DNA of 64,000 nt from Vitreimonas sp. Lineage in GTDB: Bacteria; Patescibacteriota; Microgenomatia; UBA1400; PJMF01. This document shows, piece after piece, positions 58,071 to 64,000 of the stretch (its first letter is position 1; each line of letters starts with the position of its first letter). The notes under the pieces were generated by a model, which searched no databases, was not told where the DNA came from, and saw nothing but the letters and a program-made list of their open reading frames with translations. The DNA lies in contig DASPLQ010000012.1 of the NCBI GenBank assembly GCA_035627515.1, positions 263,269 to 327,268 of the forward strand, written 5' to 3'. The position numbers and the translations under genes are program-made.

Positions 58071-58688
58071 ATGCCAACCCTCATCTTCGACTTCGACGGC
58101 ACGCTAGCTGACACGCTCCAACTTACCGTCGAGTTATTTAATCAGCTGGCACCCAAGTATCACTTGCAAACACTGGGTGAAAAAGATGTCACTACCTTGA
58201 AGGATAAAAGCGCGCGCGAAATTTTAAAATTATCTGGTCTCTCCCCTTTTAAACTGCCCTTTTTGGTCTATGACATGCAACAAGCCATGAAAGGTCGGAT
58301 TGTTGATTTCAACATCTTTCCTGGCCTGAAAAGTGTCCTAAATAAACTCAAAAAGAATGGTGTAACTCTCGGCATTGTGACTTCGAACTCACAGGAAAAT
58401 GTGACCGCATTTTTAGAAAACAATAATTTAAAGGTTTTTGATTTTGTTCACTCCGAAAAAAACTTGTGGGGTAAAGGTGCCGTGCTCAAAAAAGTAATTA
58501 AAAACTTGAAACTTAATCCCGCTGAAGTGTTTTATGTGGGTGATGAAGTCCGAGACATCGAAGCTGCTCGAGCGGCTGACTTATCGGTTATTTCAGTTAC
58601 TTGGGGTTTTAACTCACGAAAAGTCCTCTCTGAACATCATCCTGACCACATCATCGATCAACCTGAGGAACTACTATCTAAGGTATAA
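58071..58688 (+). CDS. HAD-superfamily phosphatase (phosphoglycolate phosphatase-like)
   Basis: 'FDFDGTLADT', 'VTSN', 'VGDEVRD'. Confidence 0.9.
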   Translation: MPTLIFDFDGTLADTLQLTVELFNQLAPKYHLQTLGEKDVTTLKDKSAREILKLSGLSPFKLPFLVYDMQQAMKGRIVDFNIFPGLKSVLNKLKKNGVTLGIVTSNSQENVTAFLENNNLKVFDFVHSEKNLWGKGAVLKKVIKNLKLNPAEVFYVGDEVRDIEAARAADLSVISVTWGFNSRKVLSEHHPDHIIDQPEELLSKV

Positions 58689-58700
58689 TTACCCCGTCTA

Positions 58701-58772
58701 GCTCTCATAGTTCAACGGATAGAACAAGGGTTTCCTAAACCCTAAATTCAGGTTCGATTCCTGATGGGGGCA
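58701..58772 (+). tRNA. tRNA-Arg(CCT)
   Basis: AGGGT-TTCCTAA-ACCCT anticodon arm, GGTTCGATTCC. Confidence 0.93.
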
Positions 58773-58780
58773 CACCACGC

Positions 58781-58835
58781 ATCAGGATAAGGGTTTCCTA
58801 CCCCGCTCAGCGGGGCGATCCTGATGGGGGCACCA
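58781..58835 (+). repeat. Degenerate partial duplicate of tRNA-Arg(CCT) containing the palindrome CCCCGCTCAGCGGGG
   Basis: AAGGGTTTCCTA and CCTGATGGGGGCA are copies of the adjacent tRNA. Confidence 0.75.
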
Positions 58836-58840
58836 CACTT

Positions 58841-59461
58841 ATGAAACTCTTTCTAGCCTCAGAGGCTAAGCACCCCACCACCCTAGGTCATCTCAATACG
58901 TTCGTTAGTGGTTTAAAAGGCAAAAAAATTGCCTATATTGTCACGGCTGCGAATGGTGAAGCCTGGGGCTCCTGGAAAACCAGCCGTACATTGCCGATCG
59001 TGAAGTCAGAGGGTGCTGAAGTTGAGGTAATTGAGCTGGAAAACTATAAAACACACGACATTCTAACTCCATTAAAAACAGCCGACATCATTTGGTGTTG
59101 TGGCGGTTCATCGAGCTATCTTCTCTACTGGATGCACCGCACTCAAACTATTACGTTAATTCCCGAGTTAATCAAAGCTGGCACTGTTTACGTTGGTTCC
59201 AGCGCCGGCAGCATGGCCTGTTCTAGGACTCAAACTCTAGCTGAATGGTACTTTGGCGAGAATGAACCCGGTGCCAGCCTCATACCTGGGATGGGTTTAA
59301 TTGATTTTGAAATGTACCCTCACTATCGAGATGAGTTACTGCCGCAAATTCAAGCGCAGTGGCAAACCGGTCAGCTGTATTTGCTTAAAGATGGCGAAGC
59401 TATTATTCTCGAGGAAAGCCAGGTGAAAGTTCTTGCTGAAGAGCGGAAGTTGGACAAGTAG
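58841..59461 (+). CDS. Peptidase E (S51) family
   Basis: 'CGG', 'YVGSSAG', 'PHY'. Confidence 0.85.
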   Translation: MKLFLASEAKHPTTLGHLNTFVSGLKGKKIAYIVTAANGEAWGSWKTSRTLPIVKSEGAEVEVIELENYKTHDILTPLKTADIIWCCGGSSSYLLYWMHRTQTITLIPELIKAGTVYVGSSAGSMACSRTQTLAEWYFGENEPGASLIPGMGLIDFEMYPHYRDELLPQIQAQWQTGQLYLLKDGEAIILEESQVKVLAEERKLDK

Positions 59462-59485
59462 CCATACATATGGTAATATGCATGT

Positions 59486-59755
59486 ATGGTTGACTATACT
59501 AAAACTACTATTAACCTTCCTACTCGCCTCTTAAAAGATGCAAAGTTATTTGCAATTGAACACAGTCTGACTTTTACTGATTTAGTGAGTCGAGGGCTTG
59601 AATATTCTGTCTACGAAAAAACTCAAAAAAATGCTAAACCTTCTTTTGCTGAGTTTATGAAAACCTTTAAACCATTCCCTCGCCTTTCCGAAAAAGAAAG
59701 TCAGGAAAGATATCACAAACACATGATGGAAAAATATGGCAAAGATCTTTCTTGA
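59486..59755 (+). CDS. Antitoxin (RHH/VapB-like)
   Basis: 'KTTINLP..LL...K..A'; inverted repeat CCATACAT...ATGTATGG over the promoter/start. Confidence 0.75.
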   Translation: MVDYTKTTINLPTRLLKDAKLFAIEHSLTFTDLVSRGLEYSVYEKTQKNAKPSFAEFMKTFKPFPRLSEKESQERYHKHMMEKYGKDLS

Positions 59756-60107
59756 TGCTAATTGTTTCCTAAGACTTATGCGCGGCGAACTCCAGAATGC
59801 TGTGCCATATCTAAGCAGTCATAAGTTATTTATTAGCACTCTTTCAGTTCATATTGCTTTATATGTTTATAAAGTAAACCTTCCTTCACAAACATTCGAA
59901 AATTTTTATCAACAATTTCAAAGCATTGATTTTAGTAAGGAACTAACTCAAAAAGCCTTAGTAGGGCCAACTAAAGATTTTGAAGATAATCTTCAACTTC
60001 ATAGTGCGGTAACTTCACGCTGCTCAATATTTTTAACACTCGATAAAAAACTACTTAAAATGAAAAGTTTTGAGACTCTGAACATTATGTCTCCTTTGGA
60101 TATCTGA
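59736..60107 (+). CDS. PIN-domain toxin
   Basis: 'FLDAN', 'DFEDNLQ', 'T.D'. Confidence 0.85.
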   Translation: MAKIFLDANCFLRLMRGELQNAVPYLSSHKLFISTLSVHIALYVYKVNLPSQTFENFYQQFQSIDFSKELTQKALVGPTKDFEDNLQLHSAVTSRCSIFLTLDKKLLKMKSFETLNIMSPLDI

Positions 60108-60140
60108 TTTTGCTTTTCGGTAGTATAATTACTTGCCCTC

Positions 60141-60212
60141 GCCTCCATAGTTAAATGGATAGAACGTGAGTTTCCGGAACTTAAGATGGGGGTTCGATTC
60201 CCTCTGGAGGCA
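60141..60212 (+). tRNA. tRNA-Arg(CCG)
   Basis: GCCTCCA/TGGAGGC, TGAGT-TTCCGGA-ACTTA. Confidence 0.93.
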
Positions 60213-60322
60213 CTTTTCCTTTTTGTTCACTCCTTAACAGTGTGCTGTAACTCGGCTCGCTGTTGCTTTTTTCTCCACTTACACATATAATACATACTTG
60301 TTGTGTATTAATTGCGGAAACT

Positions 60323-60601
60323 ATGACAATTGAACTCAAAGAGAAACTATTAGCTGCTTATCTGGCGAGTAGAGCAAACAATAAGTGCATTCGTGTCGAT
60401 CAGCTAGAAGAGATTATAAAAGCTCCAAATCTTCAAGAACCACTCGAGAAAACCCATCCTGAAGATTTTTATCTTTATTGTATTAATTGGGTAAATTTAC
60501 TAAGTGAAAATAAGATTACTCTGAAGGCTGAGGATCGAGTGAATATCGAGGCTTTAGCCCAGGTAATTCGCAACCCCGCCTCTGCCCCACAAGAGAACTA
60601 A
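60323..60601 (+). CDS. Small hypothetical protein
   Basis: ORF from ATG 60323; no recognised motif. Confidence 0.4.
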   Translation: MTIELKEKLLAAYLASRANNKCIRVDQLEEIIKAPNLQEPLEKTHPEDFYLYCINWVNLLSENKITLKAEDRVNIEALAQVIRNPASAPQEN

Positions 60602-60616
60602 ACTCTTAAGTTTTCC

Positions 60617-61084
60617 CTAACTCTTCACCACACTCTGTGCGTGGTTATACGAGATCGGCATTAATTCCTGGACACTGGTGACCAAGGCTTTTGTCTGGCT
60701 TTCGTTGACGATGACGATTTCTAAGTCTTGTTGAAATAACTCTGTCAGCGCATCGATCATGATTTGCCGGCAACTACCACAAGGACTGATGCCAATTTCC
60801 ACAAAGGGATCAAGCTCGTTGACGCCAATGATTACTAGCCGTTGGAGTTGGCTTACCCCACTGTTCAAAGCTTTATCGAACACCATTCGCTCGGCACAGG
60901 TACTGTTGCTGGTAGCACGCCGGCGAATATTGGCACCGGTGAATTTTTGGCCATCAGCGGCGGTTAAAACTGCCCCCACTTTAGTGGTACACGCTTTCGG
61001 AAATGCCCGAGGAATTTGCTCAAAGGCGAGCTTGATATCACCTTGAATTTCCTCGGGCAGTTGATGTACCTCTATATGTTTCAT
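60617..61084 (-). CDS. cdd: Cytidine deaminase (CAE/PCxxC type)
   Basis: 'VGA', 'GANI', 'CAER', 'SPCGSCRQ'. Confidence 0.85.
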   Translation of the reverse strand: MKHIEVHQLPEEIQGDIKLAFEQIPRAFPKACTTKVGAVLTAADGQKFTGANIRRRATSNSTCAERMVFDKALNSGVSQLQRLVIIGVNELDPFVEIGISPCGSCRQIMIDALTELFQQDLEIVIVNESQTKALVTSVQELMPISYNHAQSVVKS

Positions 61085-61107
61085 GACAGGGTCTATTGTG
61101 AAGTTAT

Positions 61108-61584
61108 TTAGGCTGATTGGCGCTCATATTCAGCATAAATGAGAGCGTCAGTCACGGTTTGATAATCAAACATCTCATCTTCATCGAAAACAATGTTTAA
61201 TTCGCGACGAGCATCATCTTCTTTAGCTGAGGCATGAATTAAGTTCAGTTGTTGACTCATACTGAAGTCACCACGGATGGAACCGGCTTCAGCTTCACGA
61301 CCTAAAGTCGTGCCTACCAATTTGCGGACCACTGGGATGGCATCGATACCTTCCCAAGCCATAGCCACGATTGGCATTTGAGCCATATATGACTTTAAAT
61401 CACCAAAGAAACTTTTTTCTTTGTGTTCAGCATACCAATCAGATAATTGGTCATCACTGAGTTGGACCATTTTTAAGCCGACCAACTTTAAACCTTTGCG
61501 CTCAAAGCGAGCAATGATCTCACCGATCAAACCGCGTTGCATGCCATCTGGTTTGACGAGGACGGCTGTTCGTTGAATTTTCAT
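61108..61584 (-). CDS. ndk: Nucleoside diphosphate kinase
   Basis: 'KPDG.QRGLIGEII.RFE', 'GSIRGDF', 'NLIHAS'. Confidence 0.95.
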   Translation of the reverse strand: MKIQRTAVLVKPDGMQRGLIGEIIARFERKGLKLVGLKMVQLSDDQLSDWYAEHKEKSFFGDLKSYMAQMPIVAMAWEGIDAIPVVRKLVGTTLGREAEAGSIRGDFSMSQQLNLIHASAKEDDARRELNIVFDEDEMFDYQTVTDALIYAEYERQSA

Positions 61585-61606
61585 ACGTTCTCCTTGAATT
61601 AATTAC

Positions 61607-62911
61607 TTAACTATAACTTTCGAGTATTTTCTTAAATGGTGTTTCATCTTTGTACGGTCCGATCACGGCAAAGCGAATTTCGCTGGGCTTAATTAAGTTC
61701 TTTGCTACGGCTTCTACTTCATCACGCGTGACTTGTCGCAATTTTGCTAACACCACTTCAGGTGGCTCAATTTCTCCGAGTAATAACTGCTTCATGCCAA
61801 AGTATTGCGCCACACTTTCGCTATCCTCCAAGCCTAAGACCATTTTACCAGCGACGTAATCTTTAGCTTTTTGAATTTCACTCTCGGTGACAGGTTTGCG
61901 ACCATCTACCAAAGCTGCAAACTCATCGATCGTGACTTTGAAAGCCTCCTCTACCCGCTTAGGATCAACTCCGGCGGAGGCACCAAACATCCCTGAGTTG
62001 TGATACATGTCGACATCGCTGTGGACGTAGTAACACAAACCTCGTTTTTCGCGGATTTCTGAGAATAGGCGGGAACTCATGTTACCGCCCAACAAAGCAC
62101 TCAGTAAGGTCAATGCATACCGATCGGAATTATGACGATCAATACCAGGGAAACCAAAAATGAAGTGGGCTTGTTCAGTTTGTTTGTGCTCCACTTTGAG
62201 TTTGAAAACAGAAATCGGGTTTTGGGTGAAGTAATTATTGAGTTTAACTTTGCCGGCCCGCTCCTCGGTTTTTTTACTAAAACAGTCGCTAATTTTAGCC
62301 AAGATTGAATCAGTATCAACAATGCTTGAGTCCCCAGCCAAGACTAAAATAGTATTACCCAAACCATACCATTGTTGAAGAAACTTGGTAAAGTCACTGG
62401 CGGTCAAAGCACTGACCGTAGTTTTATTACCAATCACATCATGTCCCAAGCCACTACCTTCAAACATCATTTGATCGAAAACATCGCTAATATGACGCGA
62501 GGGGCTATCCATGTACATGTTCATCTCTTCAATAATCACGTTCTTTTCTCGATCGATATCATCCTGACGTAGGCGAGGCGTCAATAACATGTCAGAAATT
62601 ACATCCAACGCCAGCTCTACGTCTTTGGAAGCAGATTTAACATAGTAGCCTGTGTACTCCTTACTGGTAAAAGCATTGAAATCGGCACCAACGGCATCGA
62701 CCGCAGCCGAGAGAGCTTGAGCATCTTCATACTTGGCAGTGCCCTTAAAAACCATGTGTTCAAAAAAGTGAGCGATACCGTGTTCCTTGGGTTCTTCGTA
62801 GCGGGAACCGGTATTAACTAAACTCAATACAGTCACGGACTTGACGGAAGGCATGGGAATGCGCAGGACGGTCAAACCAGAGGGTAAATTATCAATAGTA
62901 TGAACTAGCAC
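61607..62911 (-). CDS. M16 family (pitrilysin-like) zinc peptidase
   Basis: 'GIAHFFEHMVFKGT', 'NAFTSKE', 'SSRLFSEIREKRGLCY'; start likely GTG 62911. Confidence 0.92.
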   Translation of the reverse strand: MLVHTIDNLPSGLTVLRIPMPSVKSVTVLSLVNTGSRYEEPKEHGIAHFFEHMVFKGTAKYEDAQALSAAVDAVGADFNAFTSKEYTGYYVKSASKDVELALDVISDMLLTPRLRQDDIDREKNVIIEEMNMYMDSPSRHISDVFDQMMFEGSGLGHDVIGNKTTVSALTASDFTKFLQQWYGLGNTILVLAGDSSIVDTDSILAKISDCFSKKTEERAGKVKLNNYFTQNPISVFKLKVEHKQTEQAHFIFGFPGIDRHNSDRYALTLLSALLGGNMSSRLFSEIREKRGLCYYVHSDVDMYHNSGMFGASAGVDPKRVEEAFKVTIDEFAALVDGRKPVTESEIQKAKDYVAGKMVLGLEDSESVAQYFGMKQLLLGEIEPPEVVLAKLRQVTRDEVEAVAKNLIKPSEIRFAVIGPYKDETPFKKILESYS

Positions 62912-62960
62912 GGTAGCGATTGTATCAGCAATCGCGCGGTTTGAGGACCCAAAGATGGGT

Positions 62961-64000
62961 TTAATGCACCTTTTCAGGCATGGGAACTTTAATTCGGAAA
63001 GTACTACCACGAGGTTCTGGAGGACTGCTTTCTACTTCTATAGTTCCATGGTTGAGATCGACAAAAAATTTAGCCACTGCTAAACCAACACCGGTACCAG
63101 GTGTCCCACTATTATTATTGGTACCACGGTAATTTTCTTTGAAAATATCGGGTTGCTCCTCTAGATCTATGCCAATTCCTTCATCTTTTACTTCCATCAC
63201 GATGGAGTTACCTTCAGTATAAGTGCGAATCATGACTTCTCCGCCCACCGGAGAGTACTTTATGGCATTCGATACCAAATTATGGAGTGATCGACCTAGG
63301 CCAGGAATTTGCCACACATACGGCAGTGTTTCATCGAGGTCACACAGTATCCTCACTCCCCGCTCGTGAGCAAAAGCAGACAGGTTCCTAACTGCACTAT
63401 GGACAAAGTTATTGATTTCCATCTTCACCTTATCTTCACGCACAGTCATGGCCTTATTTATCTGCTTCGCCTCAGTGATAATATTATTGCCAGCTACCAA
63501 AGCATCGTTAGCTCTTTCCAACCACAGATCAATATTGGCTTGATTTTGGTCTGCAGGTGGTTTTCTTCTTTCTCGCCTCACTAGTTCCACATACAGCTGC
63601 CCTTTTGCCATCGGACTACCCACATCATGAGCTAACACATCAAAGATGATAGCCCGTGACTTAGCTTCTAGCTTCAAATGATCAATGTAGTGATTCAACA
63701 TCTCTAAGCGATCATGAAGACCGCTGATTGTTTCTTGATCTTTTCGCTCTCTCTCACTGATTGAAACTCCAGTACAAATCAAGACACTTTCTGTAGGCTC
63801 ATGGGCAATCCGATTAATCACTAAATTGTAGCGTTCACCCATAAAATCAATAGTTTTACCAAGTTCATCACCATCTTCTTCGGGATGAAGCTTCAGCGCA
63901 CTCATTAGTGCTGCTGTTAACCCCTGCAGGTCACTTTCTCTCAGGTGCTCGATCACTGTCAAAGCCTCTAGAGGTTGATTGCGCAATAATTTTTGTAGTC
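62961..64000 (-). CDS. Sensor histidine kinase, 5'-truncated by window edge
   Basis: H-box 'AHDVGSP', N-box 'NLVSNAIKY', 'DEGIG', 'GTGVGL'; frame open to the window end. Confidence 0.9.
   Translation of the reverse strand, partial: LQKLLRNQPLEALTVIEHLRESDLQGLTAALMSALKLHPEEDGDELGKTIDFMGERYNLVINRIAHEPTESVLICTGVSISERERKDQETISGLHDRLEMLNHYIDHLKLEAKSRAIIFDVLAHDVGSPMAKGQLYVELVRRERRKPPADQNQANIDLWLERANDALVAGNNIITEAKQINKAMTVREDKVKMEINNFVHSAVRNLSAFAHERGVRILCDLDETLPYVWQIPGLGRSLHNLVSNAIKYSPVGGEVMIRTYTEGNSIVMEVKDEGIGIDLEEQPDIFKENYRGTNNNSGTPGTGVGLAVAKFFVDLNHGTIEVESSPPEPRGSTFRIKVPMPEKVH

Noticed and set aside
1-64000. CRISPR array, rRNA, integrase/transposase or prophage
   Set aside because: No regularly spaced identical repeats, rRNA motifs or recombinase ORFs were seen; the holin-like, amidase and Xis-like genes are scattered and have cellular homologs.

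Overview
Gene-dense bacterial chromosome segment using the standard code (TGA is a stop; tRNA-Trp has a CCA anticodon). Gene content and style suggest a Patescibacteria/CPR, probably Microgenomates-type, genome; this is inference. Core genes are rpmG, secE, nusG, rplK, rplA, rplJ, rplL, thrS, mreB, ndk, cdd, a galU-like gene, murL-murD2 and seven tRNAs. They are interleaved with many accessory genes: three type II toxin-antitoxin pairs, a DpnI-like nuclease, an HNH gene abutting tRNA-Trp, a NADAR/NUDIX/kinase cluster, a LAGLIDADG-HTH protein and surface proteins. The most notable signals are non-coding or missing from the ORF track: (1) a leaderless 18-aa peptide with seven consecutive Thr codons forming a classical ribosome-dependent attenuator in front of thrS; (2) two transcription units built as promoter, rrn-type boxA, long 5'/3' closing stem, hairpin and terminator, one enclosing an unknown ~230-nt structured RNA and one enclosing a pseudo-receiver ORF; (3) a family of ~35-bp degenerate, co-oriented sites related to the tRNA 3' end that separate accessory gene blocks like a cassette array; (4) duplicated 3' ends of an EEP gene and of tRNA-Arg marking past integrations. 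All calls come from reading the sequence; no database search was run.
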